Below, piece after piece: positions 19,055 through 30,215 of a stretch of DNA of 64,000 nt. The DNA is from an uncultured Methanoregulaceae archaeon (lineage in GTDB: Archaea > Halobacteriota > Methanomicrobia > Methanomicrobiales > Methanospirillaceae). How positions within the stretch are numbered: position 1 is the first letter of the stretch; each line of letters begins with the position of its first letter. The stretch is from positions 1,408,001 through 1,472,000 of the forward strand of contig CAVTTL010000001.1 in NCBI GenBank assembly GCA_963737635.1, read 5' to 3'. Below the pieces are notes generated by a model that did no database searches, was not told the origin of the DNA, and was given only the letters and a program-made list of their open reading frames with translations. The position numbers and the translations under genes are program-made.

Positions 19055-21055
19055 TCACTCTGCAATGCGGTAGATGGTGGTGCCCTGCCCGGAGTACACC
19101 TGTTCAAGCCCGGTTGCAGGGAGGCTTACATTATATGTCTCCCTCTCTAAATCACCTACGTAGAGAAGAGTGGCATTGTATTTTTTCATAAGGGAAACTG
19201 TCTGATCTGGATTTTCATAGATTGACTTGACATCTGCAGGCCGGGCGCCGTACCAGCCTGTGGTATCCCCCCGCCACATATACTCGTGGAATGGCTCACC
19301 AAGGATTGTGGGGATCCCGGTGAACGACGAGATCCGGGAATAATAGGTATAGTCTCCTCCCACAGCTTCGACAATGTGTTCATCCCCAGTCAGGTTCCTG
19401 AGGTATGCGACTCCACCGGCATCACCCGGATGTGTTGTATCCAGATATGCAAGCCCATCAAGCGTCCGGCCCCCATAGTTAAGATCAAGAGGAACGATAA
19501 AAGGTACGATAAAGAGAAAACCCACAATAAGGACGGCAAGTACAGCACTTTTTTTGGCAGGAATGACGGGAATACGATTTGGTTTAGTAAACCGTATCCC
19601 CACCATTGTAAAAGAGCTGATACCGAGGATGATCCATGCGGGCAGGTAACACTTGAAGACGGTGTTCATCCGGAAATACGTATCTCCCATATTGTCCTTA
19701 AGATAAAACAGTTCCACAGAAATAAGGATCAAAAGCCCGAATATAGCGAGAAGATCGGGAATGCTGTGCTTCTTTTTTGCGATGAAATAGATAAGAGGGA
19801 CGGTAGCAATTGCAGCCGCAAAATACCCGGTAATGATAAAGGGGACCGCAACAAGCAAAAGGTACGGTCGCTCCCGGATATCTTTTATGAGAAGCAACAG
19901 GAAAATAGCGATAAACCAGCCGTTAGCAAGCAGGAACTGGAAGGGATCGGATGGCGTTTTTACAATCCCAATACCACCGGTACTCGTTTTGAGCATCACG
20001 TAAAAGGGAAGGTAAATCAGAATGGAAAGAGGAGGAATCGCGATAAGGTGGCCCCATGATGAAATTCCTTGACCGTTTTTCCAGCTTCGCAGGATGATTA
20101 ACACGGCAACGACGACCGTAATCGGGGCGTAGATAAGAACGTCCCATGTGTTGATCAAAGGCATGGAACCAAGGCTGAGTGCAGCAAGACCACAGACCAG
20201 CCATTTACTTCGGGCCTCGAGAGACTCCCAGTATTTGTACAGGTAGATGAGCAGGAAGATCAACAATGTCTGGTTAAAAATCGAGATAACGTGGGCGTGG
20301 AGATCTCCCCAGGTAAATGAGAAGAGTGGATATTCGTTTATGGTATTGGTGATTGTGCGGGTACTATTCCAGAGCGCGGAATTGAGCCCGTTTCCGAGTA
20401 TGAGCTGGTAAAAAAACGAAGGGTTGGGTATAAAGAAGAGAAGCAGCGGCAGCCAGCGGAACCGGTCGAGCAGCAGGGTACCGATTGCATAGACCGTTAC
20501 AGCCGCAACACCAAGGACTGTCGGCAGGGATAGATTAAACGCAATGTTTGAGGAAACCCCGCTTACGATGCCAAGACCGCCAAAAATCCAGTACCCCAGA
20601 TAATAATACACATCCATGGTGCCCCCGGCAAACCAAGGGTCAAGCGGCGGCACGACCGGGCTTCGCATTATGGATGCAAGAAACGCGTGGTCCATGAACT
20701 TCTCTGCATAGGAGATCGTCGGGTTGACAAATCTGACCGTGAGCATTAAGAAGAAAAAGATCAGGAAAATGAGTTCCCAACGCCACTCTTTCTTCAATTC
20801 GTTCCATGTGTAATCACGCCGGTACGCGTGATATCCAAAAAGCAGGATAAAAGGTACAAGCCCGAGCTGTACAGGAAGAGCAACGAGACCACAATACCAG
20901 GTAAGGATTGTAAAGATAAGGAGTGATGCAGCAAAAGAGGTTGGGAACGCATATTGTTTCAGACATTTTTTCAGGGAGGGATAGAGCGCAAGCTGTAAAA
21001 AGGTTATAACCAGCAGCCAGCTTGCGACTGATATAATCTGGAAATCAGGTGTCAG
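19055..21055 (-). CDS. DUF2298 / Chlor_Arch_YYY-type GT-C-like membrane protein, probable CTG start
   Basis: EKFMD, DPWFAGG, YYYLG, INEYP..SF..GDLHAH and RMNTVFK motifs; frame stays open 86 codons upstream of the TTG at 20797 to a CTG with GGAGG 8 nt upstream. Confidence 0.75.
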   Translation of the reverse strand: MTPDFQIISVASWLLVITFLQLALYPSLKKCLKQYAFPTSFAASLLIFTILTWYCGLVALPVQLGLVPFILLFGYHAYRRDYTWNELKKEWRWELIFLIFFFLMLTVRFVNPTISYAEKFMDHAFLASIMRSPVVPPLDPWFAGGTMDVYYYLGYWIFGGLGIVSGVSSNIAFNLSLPTVLGVAAVTVYAIGTLLLDRFRWLPLLLFFIPNPSFFYQLILGNGLNSALWNSTRTITNTINEYPLFSFTWGDLHAHVISIFNQTLLIFLLIYLYKYWESLEARSKWLVCGLAALSLGSMPLINTWDVLIYAPITVVVAVLIILRSWKNGQGISSWGHLIAIPPLSILIYLPFYVMLKTSTGGIGIVKTPSDPFQFLLANGWFIAIFLLLLIKDIRERPYLLLVAVPFIITGYFAAAIATVPLIYFIAKKKHSIPDLLAIFGLLILISVELFYLKDNMGDTYFRMNTVFKCYLPAWIILGISSFTMVGIRFTKPNRIPVIPAKKSAVLAVLIVGFLFIVPFIVPLDLNYGGRTLDGLAYLDTTHPGDAGGVAYLRNLTGDEHIVEAVGGDYTYYSRISSFTGIPTILGEPFHEYMWRGDTTGWYGARPADVKSIYENPDQTVSLMKKYNATLLYVGDLERETYNVSLPATGLEQVYSGQGTTIYRIAE

Positions 21056-22028
21056 ATTTTTTTCCTCCCACCAATTTCGAGGAAATTGCCGCTTTAATAG
21101 TCGGGATCACCCAGTCACCAAGATAGTAGATTGAAACTACTCCCCCGGCAAGTGTGACCAAATTCTTGATCAGATCATCTATTGTGGCAATCAGGAGCGC
21201 TTCAACCCAGGCGATTCCGGCGATCTCGTAAAAGGTAGTCGCCATGATAAATTCATAAGGTCCGATTCCACCTGGTGTTATTGGAACCGCTTTTACTAGA
21301 TTACCCAAAACGACCGCAAGAACAATAACTACGAACGGGATCTGTTGCTCAAACATCATCGCTACCGAGCAAGTGACAAGGATATCGATGATCCAGATAA
21401 CGATGGATGAGATGCCGATAGTAAAAAGTGAGCGCAGGGAAAGTGATGCTCTCCTGATCTCATCGAGTACGGTCAGGATCCACTTCACATACTTATTCGT
21501 CGTGGTGAGTCTTCCGACAAATATCAGGAAGGCAAAGAAAGCAAATCCGGTAGCAAGGATGCAAATGAGGATAATGACGTATATCTTGAGATCCTTTGGG
21601 AGATTGGGGAGGAATAAAAGGGAGGCCGCTCCAAGCAGGGCAATGGCAATGATATCAAAGACCCGTTCAACTATGATCGAGGATAATCCCTCCGAGATTG
21701 TTATCTTGTATTCGTGATTCAGGATGGGGATCCTGACAAAATCTCCCAGTCGTGCTGGGACAACGAAATTGTATGTTTGGCTTACAAAGACGCATGCCAT
21801 CGAGAAGGTGACACCGGCCCGGTAATTAAGGCCGATAAGGATCCGGTTGTACCGCCATCCGCGCAACCACCATGCGCTAAGGCAGACTATTACGGCTATT
21901 CCCAGATAGATCGGAATGAGGTGCTGGAGCGCGGTGAGCAGGTCACTCCGGACCCGGTAAAGCATATATGCCATAATCCCGACAGCGATCAGACTGGGGA
22001 TCAGGAACGCACTAATTTTTCGGTACAT
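21045..22028 (-). CDS. Lysylphosphatidylglycerol synthase TM / flippase-like protein
   Basis: RGWRY, PARLGDFVR, ERVFD and PITPGGIGPYE motifs. Confidence 0.8.
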   Translation of the reverse strand: MYRKISAFLIPSLIAVGIMAYMLYRVRSDLLTALQHLIPIYLGIAVIVCLSAWWLRGWRYNRILIGLNYRAGVTFSMACVFVSQTYNFVVPARLGDFVRIPILNHEYKITISEGLSSIIVERVFDIIAIALLGAASLLFLPNLPKDLKIYVIILICILATGFAFFAFLIFVGRLTTTNKYVKWILTVLDEIRRASLSLRSLFTIGISSIVIWIIDILVTCSVAMMFEQQIPFVVIVLAVVLGNLVKAVPITPGGIGPYEFIMATTFYEIAGIAWVEALLIATIDDLIKNLVTLAGGVVSIYYLGDWVIPTIKAAISSKLVGGKKSDT

Positions 22029-22731
22029 GAATCTGCCACCAAAGACGCAGGATGGATAATCCCATCTCGAATATATCCTTTATCCTAACGGTTGTTCCTC
22101 TACCAGCCCGCCACCTGACGGGAAACTCCGTGATTGTATACCCTTTCCGCTGTGCTCGAACAAGGAGTTCGGTATCCCAGAACCAGTGGTTCGACCGTAT
22201 CGTAGGAAGAACAAGGAGGATTTTTGTCCTGTTAAACGCCTTGAATCCGCACTGGTGATCGTAGAGCTTGCTGCCAAGGACAAACCGGACAAGGAAATTG
22301 TACGATCGGCTTGCAATTTCACGGCCCTCGGTTCTTCGTATATCGCTTTCCGGGAGGAGACGGGACCCCGTGGAAATATCAGCACCTTTACGTATTCCAT
22401 CAATGAGCTCCGGGAGGTGCTGCATATCGGTCGCAAGATCAACATCATAGTAACAGACGATAGAGCCTTGTGCTTGTCTTATTGCCCGGTTGAGTGCTTT
22501 TCCTCGCCCCTGACGTTTATTGCAATGGAGGAGTTTCACGTGAGTTGATTTTGTTTCGTACTCCCGGACCAGATCCGCACTTCCATCGGTACTTCCATCT
22601 TCAGCTACTATCACCTCGAAATTTTCCGTAATGTTGGAGAGTACTTTAAGGGATTCCGGAATTGCACGTTCGAGTGCAGACCGGTCATTAAATACCGGAA
22701 TAATCGCAGTTACTTCGGGTACTACCGTCAA
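22012..22731 (-). CDS. GT2 glycosyltransferase (dolichol-phosphate hexosyltransferase-like)
   Basis: IIPVFN, EDGSTDG, DVD, GSR, DHQCGFKAF and W.WDTE motifs. Confidence 0.9.
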   Translation of the reverse strand: MTVVPEVTAIIPVFNDRSALERAIPESLKVLSNITENFEVIVAEDGSTDGSADLVREYETKSTHVKLLHCNKRQGRGKALNRAIRQAQGSIVCYYDVDLATDMQHLPELIDGIRKGADISTGSRLLPESDIRRTEGREIASRSYNFLVRFVLGSKLYDHQCGFKAFNRTKILLVLPTIRSNHWFWDTELLVRAQRKGYTITEFPVRWRAGRGTTVRIKDIFEMGLSILRLWWQIHVPKN

Positions 22732-23955
22732 TCTACTTTCTCCCTAATATACTTGGCAATCCGATTGCCCGCCCTAACTGAACCCTCCATGCTTCTTTCA
22801 GGATAGTTATCCTCGGAAAACATCCCGGCGAGATAGATGCCATGTTTTTCGTAAGCGGGAATCTGCGAGCGATAACCGGTTGTGTAGATTGGTCCGGCCC
22901 AAGGGTCAACGGTTATCCGGCTCCAGTGGATCTCCTGTTCCTGAAGACCAAACCGTGAACAGAAATCTTCTCTCATTTTCTGGTCAAGCCGTGCTGGAAC
23001 AGGACCGCTGAAATATGAAGCTGAAATAGACGATATGCTCCCCGTATTGTTCCCTCGGAATGAAATTAGTATGTGCCACAACAGCCCCGTATGGCCCTTC
23101 GGCTTTCATATTGATCCAATATACTCCTTTGCAGACGTCACGTTCGATTCCCATGGTCATGCAGGCGGCACCCTGATAGGGGATATCCGGCATCGTAAGC
23201 CCGGATATTCTCCCTACTTCTGCCGGTGGGATGGTGGACAGGATCACGTCCACGCTCTCACCGTTAATCTCCCATTGGCTGCCATTTTTTGAAAGTGAGG
23301 TAACTGGTGTCTGCAGGTTAATTATGCCCTCCTTGGTCAATATAGATTTTTCAAGCCTGTCGATGATCTGGTGAAAGCCTCCGTTCAGGTATCCAAGATG
23401 CTCGCCGGAAACGCCCCTGTTTGATCTGATGGCAATACGACTGATAAGCCAAGCTGCGGATACTTTGCTCCGGTTCTTCCCGAATTTACTCCTCAACAGG
23501 GGTTCAAAGAATGAGGCATATATGCGGGGGCCGAGATGTTGGAGGATATACGTCTCGGCCGGGATGTCGTCCAGAGACAGCGGATCTGTTTTTTTAGCTT
23601 GCAGAGTCAGCAGGGCAAGTCTCGCTTTATCTATGAGCGAAAGTTCCGGCCAGCGCAGGATTTGCAACGGGGTTGTAAGCGGATAGAGGGTTTCCCCGGA
23701 AAAGTAACCGGTGCTTCCTTCCCGCCATTCAAGTTTATCCCACAATCCGAGTTCCTGTATGAGGGCAAAAAGTTGCGAATCCCCGGCGAAACAATGATGG
23801 TAGTACCGTTCAATCCAATAATTATCGATGTGATAGGATGCGAGGCATCCGCCCAGATAAGGCATCTTCTCGAAGAGTACTACTTCATGATCTCCGGCTA
23901 ATGCATGGGCGGCGACAAGCCCACACATACCCCCGCCGAGTATGCCAATTTTCAT
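22728..23955 (-). CDS. FAD-dependent oxidoreductase (amine oxidase/HemY-like), frameshift near 23024
   Basis: GGGMCGL Rossmann motif, ERYYHH and GY.GGF; C-terminal YPERSMEGS lies in a second frame. Confidence 0.8.
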
Positions 23956-24146
23956 GGTATGCTAGATATTATTTGTCCGGCATCAAATGAAAAAGGCTCC
24001 GTATCGGCCAAGGAAAGACGCGACGAAACGCGACGGAAGTTTGTAAGAAAGTTTTTGTATTGTCGAAATTAAAGTTCTTAAAACAAAGGACTTAAAAGAA
24101 TTAAAAGAGAATATCTATCCGTCAGCCCATTGGATGGTGTAACCAG

Positions 24147-25337
24147 ATGAGGGTATTTTTCATTGGTTTTGGTCAAGCGGGGGGCAAAATTGTCGACATG
24201 TTCATTGAACAGGACAAGAAGCTCGGAACCAATAGTTTCCGGGGTATTGCCGTTAATACCGCAAGGACCGATCTGATGGGGCTTAAGCACATTGAATTGA
24301 AAGATCGAATCCTCATTGGGCAGACACTGGTAAAAGGTCACGGTGTGGGTACCGATAACGTGACCGGGGCAAGAGTTACCGCCGACGAAATCGACAGTGT
24401 TATTAATGCGGTTGATTCGCGGGGAACCCACGATATTGATGCGTTTGTAATTGTAGCCGGGCTTGGCGGGGGAACCGGTTCAGGCGGCTCTCCGGTGCTT
24501 GCACGCCATCTTAAGCGAATTTATCGGGAGCCGGTCTACGCACTGGGTATAATTCCGGCACCGGAAGAGGGTCGGCTCTATTCCTATAATGCTGCACGCA
24601 GTTTGACAACGCTGGTAAACGAGGCGGATAATACTTTTATTTTTGATAACAGCGCATGGAAGAATGAAGGAGAGAGTGTCAAAAGCGCATTCCAACGGCT
24701 CAATAACGAAGTTGTTCGGAGATTTGCAATCCTCTTCCGTGCAGGTGAGGTGGGCCGGATGGGTGTTGGTGAGATGGTTGTGGACTCAAGCGAGATTATC
24801 AACACCCTCAGAGGAGGTGGCATTACTTCCGTGGGTTATGCCGTCAGTGAAGTGATCAGCGCACGCACCAAACAGCAGCGGGGAATATTTGGGGGTATCA
24901 GGGAAAACATCAAGGATACCTTCGGGGGTAAAAAGGAGGCAAATGAGGAAGTGCTTTTAGGGGAGGACCGATCAGCAAAGATAGTCGGTCTTGTCCGGCG
25001 AGCTATGCTTGGCCGCCTTACTTTGCCTTGTGATTATTCCACCGCCGAACGAGCGCTGGTTCTTATCGCAGGACCTCCGGATGAAATGGATCGAAAGGGT
25101 GTCGAAAAAGCCAAGAGCTGGGTTGAGGAGAACATAGCAGGCGTTGAAGTGAGAGGAGGGGATTATCCGGTAAATAGTGAATACGTTGCGGCAGTTGTAA
25201 TGCTGGCCACTGTTGGCAATGCTCCCCGTATCAAAGAACTTCTTGATATTGCAAAGGAAACAAAAGAAGAGGTTATTAAATCCAAGGAGAAGAAATCGAA
25301 TATGTTTGAGGAAGGTATCGAACCGTTGTTCGAATGA
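24147..25337 (+). CDS. cetZ: Tubulin/FtsZ-family protein, CetZ-like
   Basis: GFGQAGGKI, AVNTARTDL, GHGVG, GGGTGSG, FDN..W and VVDSSEIINTL motifs typical of CetZ. Confidence 0.85.
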   Translation: MRVFFIGFGQAGGKIVDMFIEQDKKLGTNSFRGIAVNTARTDLMGLKHIELKDRILIGQTLVKGHGVGTDNVTGARVTADEIDSVINAVDSRGTHDIDAFVIVAGLGGGTGSGGSPVLARHLKRIYREPVYALGIIPAPEEGRLYSYNAARSLTTLVNEADNTFIFDNSAWKNEGESVKSAFQRLNNEVVRRFAILFRAGEVGRMGVGEMVVDSSEIINTLRGGGITSVGYAVSEVISARTKQQRGIFGGIRENIKDTFGGKKEANEEVLLGEDRSAKIVGLVRRAMLGRLTLPCDYSTAERALVLIAGPPDEMDRKGVEKAKSWVEENIAGVEVRGGDYPVNSEYVAAVVMLATVGNAPRIKELLDIAKETKEEVIKSKEKKSNMFEEGIEPLFE

Positions 25338-26476
25338 GGTTGATGATGAAGGGATTGAAACGGTTAATTTTAATTATATCTCTGTTGGTACTCATCGTGC
25401 CAGCAGTCTCAGTAGCATTTACAGTGAATTCGATGGTGATAAACCCAAATAGCGGGGCACTGTCTCCAGGAACCTCCGTAGATCTTTCTTACACTGTTCA
25501 GGAACCCAGCGGGGAATCGACAATGAACAATCTGGTGATGACGACCGCCCTGACAAAACCCCAATGGTCGTATATTATTTATGTGAACGGAAACCCGACT
25601 GCGCCCACCCAGTCTCAGTCTGAAACTGTCGACATCAGTAGTTTTTTACTGGAATACAAATCCAGTGACGATGTTTCAGTTGGAGTGACATTGTCAGGTG
25701 CTACACCTGCAGCAACACAGACTGCGAACCAGACCTTAGTCCAGATTTGGGAGGAAGATTCTAACGGTAATCAGCTTGCAACACCTTACGTAGTATCGGC
25801 CTTAGTGGTCAATCCTGGCGATATTACGACTGCGGTCGCCAACGCGAATGCCCAGCTCAGCCAGCTGAAAACCGACATCGACGAAAAATCGGCGTTGGGT
25901 GTCGATACATCCGCAGCAGAAGCGCAATATAACACTGCCACGAGTCAGATCTCTCAGGCCCAAGCTCTTCCCACAGCTCAATACAGTCAGGCATTAAGCG
26001 ATATCTCTACGGCGACATCTACCATCTCTAATGGAGAGACTCTCCTTGATAAATCTTGGGCAGAAGCGGAGATCACTACTGCTCAAGGACCGGTAAATAA
26101 TGTCGATGGGTTGATCGCCTTTTTCCAAGGCAACTCAAGTACTGCGAATGACGCCAGATTGTCAACGATTATCAATGAACGGGAAATAGCAGTGAGTTAC
26201 ATATCATCGGCAAATGATTTCATCAGCAGTGGTAACTATGCATCAGCACGATCAAAAGCTGAACAGGCATACACCGAGGGAAATCAATCCTATAATGATG
26301 CACTTTCTTTCCAAGCCTCAATATCCCAAAATCCTCTTGCCGGGATCATTTCAGCCATTAGCTCAATCTTCAGTTCCGGTATCCTGTTTATTGGTGCAGG
26401 CGTCGTAGTTGTTGTGTTAATTATCGTTGGTGTAATCATCTATCGCAAACGCTCCCGATGGGATGAGCTTGGCTAA
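25334..26476 (+). CDS. Secreted, membrane-anchored hypothetical protein
   Basis: Signal peptide, beta-rich then helical ectodomain, C-terminal TM followed by RKRSRWDELG; overlaps the cetZ stop. Confidence 0.7.
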   Translation: MRLMMKGLKRLILIISLLVLIVPAVSVAFTVNSMVINPNSGALSPGTSVDLSYTVQEPSGESTMNNLVMTTALTKPQWSYIIYVNGNPTAPTQSQSETVDISSFLLEYKSSDDVSVGVTLSGATPAATQTANQTLVQIWEEDSNGNQLATPYVVSALVVNPGDITTAVANANAQLSQLKTDIDEKSALGVDTSAAEAQYNTATSQISQAQALPTAQYSQALSDISTATSTISNGETLLDKSWAEAEITTAQGPVNNVDGLIAFFQGNSSTANDARLSTIINEREIAVSYISSANDFISSGNYASARSKAEQAYTEGNQSYNDALSFQASISQNPLAGIISAISSIFSSGILFIGAGVVVVVLIIVGVIIYRKRSRWDELG

Positions 26477-26803
26477 ACTTATCTTTTTTTAATTCTGAAC
26501 TCTCTCTAAAACAAGAAAAGAGTAAACATCTGAATTTTAAATATTAGCACCAAATAAAAACATAAATGTGTTTTTTGTAATGCATTCTAATGCTGATTCC
26601 TTTCCTAAACTGTGAGGGTGAGAGAATCGATACAAATGCATACCCGGATCAGGTGCTTAATTTTATAATAAGAGCCCGAGAATCCTGATATCCGGCTTAA
26701 AATATAGTATTATGTTATTCCATAAATTCGTATATTCATGTTAAAACACACAAATATTAGTTGCCGAGACTCGAATCTGGAGTTCCTTAAGAAAAATTAT
26801 TCT

Positions 26804-28438
26804 CTAATGTTTCAGAGTGAACACATCGAGATTAATACTCCCCATAATCCCATCCCGGTGGAAATAATAATCTAACAGTCTGTTCTGGTTATCATAGAAT
26901 GAGAACCAGTAATCCAGTTTATATGTCGTTTTATTATATCCTGGTATTGAATCATAACTTTCTGTATCGTGAAGAATGATAGCGTCCGGATTATTCTTCG
27001 TGAGAATGCTTATATCCTCTTTTTGGCCATAGAATGTGATCTTATCCCATCGATCGCCCCGGTAATACCACGGCAATGGCCAATAATCCTGCGATGCAAG
27101 AACAACATGACTTGAATTATCTATGATACCCATAACATTTCTGAGATCTTCTGAATTCTGGACTTGGACAATAGGTTCATTTACATCTGCAGGAATGAAT
27201 GCGACGTGCCACGTCATCAGAATCAAAAACAGACATCCGATAAGAGCAAATGCGGCCTTTTGCCAGTTCAATTTGTAGACGGCGACAAAACACATCGGAA
27301 GCAGCTGATGAATGATAAGCCATGGCACTTTTTCACCAACATAAGCATAAAATGCCATGGTAAGGAGCATCCAGTAGATACAGAATTGGAAGAAGAGATC
27401 CGATTTTTCATTGTGGGCAATTTTCGATTTTCTGAGTTGGTTCAGACTTGTTTCAGCAAGATCTTTTGTTGACAGTGCGAAGCGACGGGTTGACAGCCAG
27501 TTTTTCAGACGTTTAGCAGTAAGGAAGAGATTACTATCTTCGAAAATAAATTGAAGTATCCCAAGGATAGCCAGAAGGAAGATCGGAACCTCATACAACA
27601 GATACAATGGGATATAGAAATAAAATGGACCTCCAAGACGCTGTTCATTCGACATTGCGACCCAGTGATCAACTGCCTGATACCATCCGGTTGTGTTTAC
27701 CTGGAAATTTTGCCCAACCAATGTCTCCGGGTGCACACCAAATGCTGAATAGAAAGCGATCAGGATTGCGAATACCACCAATAACCAGATAATAAGATCA
27801 TTTTTCCATTGTGGGGGCAAATTGATACGTTTTTTCCATACCGCATACCCAAAAAATGAGATAAAAATCAACAGTATAAATGGCATTTCTTCCTTGCAAC
27901 ACAGTGCCCCACCAGCTGCAATTGCCGCGATAATGACATACCGGAGTTGCCCCCGTTCAAAATAATAGAGAAGGGCAACGAGAAGGAGCAACGTGAAAAA
28001 AAGCATGAAAATATCATGACGAAGAAAACGGGAGAAATACACCATATCCGGGGAAACAGAAAGGAATAGTGCAACAATCAGGGTCTGCGCTCTCGTGATA
28101 TACCCAAGCCGGTAAATAAAGTAGACGGGAGGTACGAGCATCGTACCAAATAATGCCGGAAGCAATCGCGCTACGAGATCGGATGCACCAAAGAGCGAAA
28201 ACATTCCGGCGGTAACGTAGTAGAGGAATGGACCGTGGTAACTGGGATCGTAGACCCACGTTCCTTTTGTAAGGAGGTTATACGAAAACCATGAATGTAT
28301 GGCTTCATCGTGATGGAACAATTTAAGATCCGGATGCCAGAATCGCAGGATAATAGCAAGCAGAAAGATTAAAAGAAATACTCTTTCAAAAGTAAAAATT
28401 CGTTTTATTTTATCTGAAAAAAAAGCGGCCTTTTCCAC
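26804..28438 (-). CDS. GT-C/PMT-like membrane protein (TIGR03663 / Agl23-like)
   Basis: HHDEAIH, YDPSYHGP, YFSRF.R.D, EKVPWL and WPLPWY motifs. Confidence 0.8.
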   Translation of the reverse strand: MEKAAFFSDKIKRIFTFERVFLLIFLLAIILRFWHPDLKLFHHDEAIHSWFSYNLLTKGTWVYDPSYHGPFLYYVTAGMFSLFGASDLVARLLPALFGTMLVPPVYFIYRLGYITRAQTLIVALFLSVSPDMVYFSRFLRHDIFMLFFTLLLLVALLYYFERGQLRYVIIAAIAAGGALCCKEEMPFILLIFISFFGYAVWKKRINLPPQWKNDLIIWLLVVFAILIAFYSAFGVHPETLVGQNFQVNTTGWYQAVDHWVAMSNEQRLGGPFYFYIPLYLLYEVPIFLLAILGILQFIFEDSNLFLTAKRLKNWLSTRRFALSTKDLAETSLNQLRKSKIAHNEKSDLFFQFCIYWMLLTMAFYAYVGEKVPWLIIHQLLPMCFVAVYKLNWQKAAFALIGCLFLILMTWHVAFIPADVNEPIVQVQNSEDLRNVMGIIDNSSHVVLASQDYWPLPWYYRGDRWDKITFYGQKEDISILTKNNPDAIILHDTESYDSIPGYNKTTYKLDYWFSFYDNQNRLLDYYFHRDGIMGSINLDVFTLKH

Positions 28439-28450
28439 GTTGCCGCACCT

Positions 28451-28759
28451 TCAGCTTTCTAATACAATTTCAATTCCGATATCTTTTGGCACCTGAATCC
28501 GCATCAACTGGCGGAGTGCACGCTCATCTGCATCGATGTCAATGAGTCTTTTATGCACTCGCATCTGCCAGCGATCAAAGGTCGCGGTTCCTTCTCCGTC
28601 AGGACTTTTGCGGATTGGCACAACAAGCCGTTTTGTCGGAAGTGGGATGGGTCCAGCCAGATTTACTCCTGTGCGTTCGGCTATCTCACGGATTCTGTCA
28701 CAGACTGTCTCTACCTTGTTAAAATCTGTTCCTGTCAGGCGAATTCTGGCTTTTTGCAT
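28451..28759 (-). CDS. rps10: 30S ribosomal protein S10
   Basis: [15 protein letters not shown] and RVHKRLID motifs. Confidence 0.97.
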   Translation of the reverse strand: MQKARIRLTGTDFNKVETVCDRIREIAERTGVNLAGPIPLPTKRLVVPIRKSPDGEGTATFDRWQMRVHKRLIDIDADERALRQLMRIQVPKDIGIEIVLES

Positions 28760-28777
28760 AGCGATCACCAAAAAATA

Positions 28778-30056
28778 TTATCTCATCTGCTTCGGCTGAA
28801 TCGCAATGCACATACCGGCGGCGATCGTTGCTCCCATATCACGGACAGCAAACCTGCCCAGCTGCGGAAGTTCCTTAACGTTCTCAATGACCATGGGTTT
28901 TGTCGGCTTGATCTGGACGATCGCCGCATCACCGGTCTTTAAGAATGTGGGGTTCTCTTCCTTGGTCTGACCAGAGCGCGGGTCGAGTTTTTTCTTGAGC
29001 TCGATGAATGTGCACGCAGTTTGGGTAGTGTGGCAGTGGAAGACCGGCGTATAACCGACGGTGATCGCACTTGGGTGCTGGAGCACGACAACCTGCGCAG
29101 TAAATTCATCTGCAACTGTCGGTGGCTGCTCGGTAGGACCACACACATCTCCACGGCGGATGTCACCCTTTGCAATTCCACGGACGTTAAACCCGATGTT
29201 GTCACCGGGGACAGCCTGCGGAATTTCTTCATGGTGCATTTCGATGGACTTGATTTCGCCATCCTTGTTTGCCGGGCATAAACGAAACCTTCATGCCTTT
29301 CTTCATAATCCCGGTTTCGACACGGCCGACTGGTACCGTTCCGATACCGCTGATGCTGTAGACATCCTGAATAGGCAGGCGAAGCGGCTTGTCCGTCGGT
29401 TTCGACGGCTCTTTGAATGTGTCAAGAGCAGGAATCAGGGCGGGACCTTTATACCACGGGGTTTCCGGGCTGATTACCTTGATATTGATACCCTGAAGCG
29501 AACTGATCGGAATAAAAAGGGTTTCTTCAGGTTTGTATCCAACCATCTTGATAAGGTCAGAGAGATCTTTTTTGACTTCGTTATACCGCTTCTCATCGTA
29601 TTTTACTGCATCCATTTTGTTGATTGCAATGATGATCTGCGTAATACCGAGGGTGCGGGCAAGGAATACATGTTCCTTGGTCTGCTCCATGACACCATCG
29701 GGAGCTGCCACGACAAGAATTGCAGCGTCAGCCTGCGATGCACCGGTGATCATGTTCTTCACGAAGTCTCTGTGTCCCGGACAGTCGACAACGGTGAAGT
29801 AAAACTTGGGGGTGTCGAACCGCTTGTGTGCGATATCAATGGTAATACCTCTCTCACGCTCTTCCTTGAGGTTATCCATGACCCATGCAAATTCGAAAGT
29901 CGCCTTACCCTTCGATTCAGCCTCCTTACGGTAGGCTTCGATGATATGTGCAGGTACTGCACCTGTCTCGAACATCATCCGACCGACAGTAGTTGACTTT
30001 CCGTGATCGATGTGTCCGATGACAGCCAGATTCATATGGGGCTTATCAGATGCCAT
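28778..30056 (-). CDS. tuf: Elongation factor 1-alpha (frameshift near 29275, probably an artefact)
   Basis: [20 protein letters not shown] and NKMD in the first ORF; PGDNIGFNV and LGRFAVRD in the second. Confidence 0.95.
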
Positions 30057-30215
30057 TAATTGTTCCTCCCAAATAGGGTTATCCGCATACCGTCTGTCTA
30101 TGCGAGTATTACATATATGAGACGCATCTATATAAAGTATTTCGATTCCCTCTAACCTTTTTCAGGTGAGAATTCATATCGATATTCTCTTATCTTTTGT
30201 TGATTATTTTCTTTT

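Noticed and set aside
26771-26780. TCGAATCTGG match to the tRNA-Gln T arm as an att site
   Set aside because: Only 10 bp, and the intervening 26 kb contains essential core genes.
29061-29996. Long antisense ORFs opposite tuf and other GC-rich genes
   Set aside because: Shadow ORFs expected from codon bias on the coding strand; no protein motifs.
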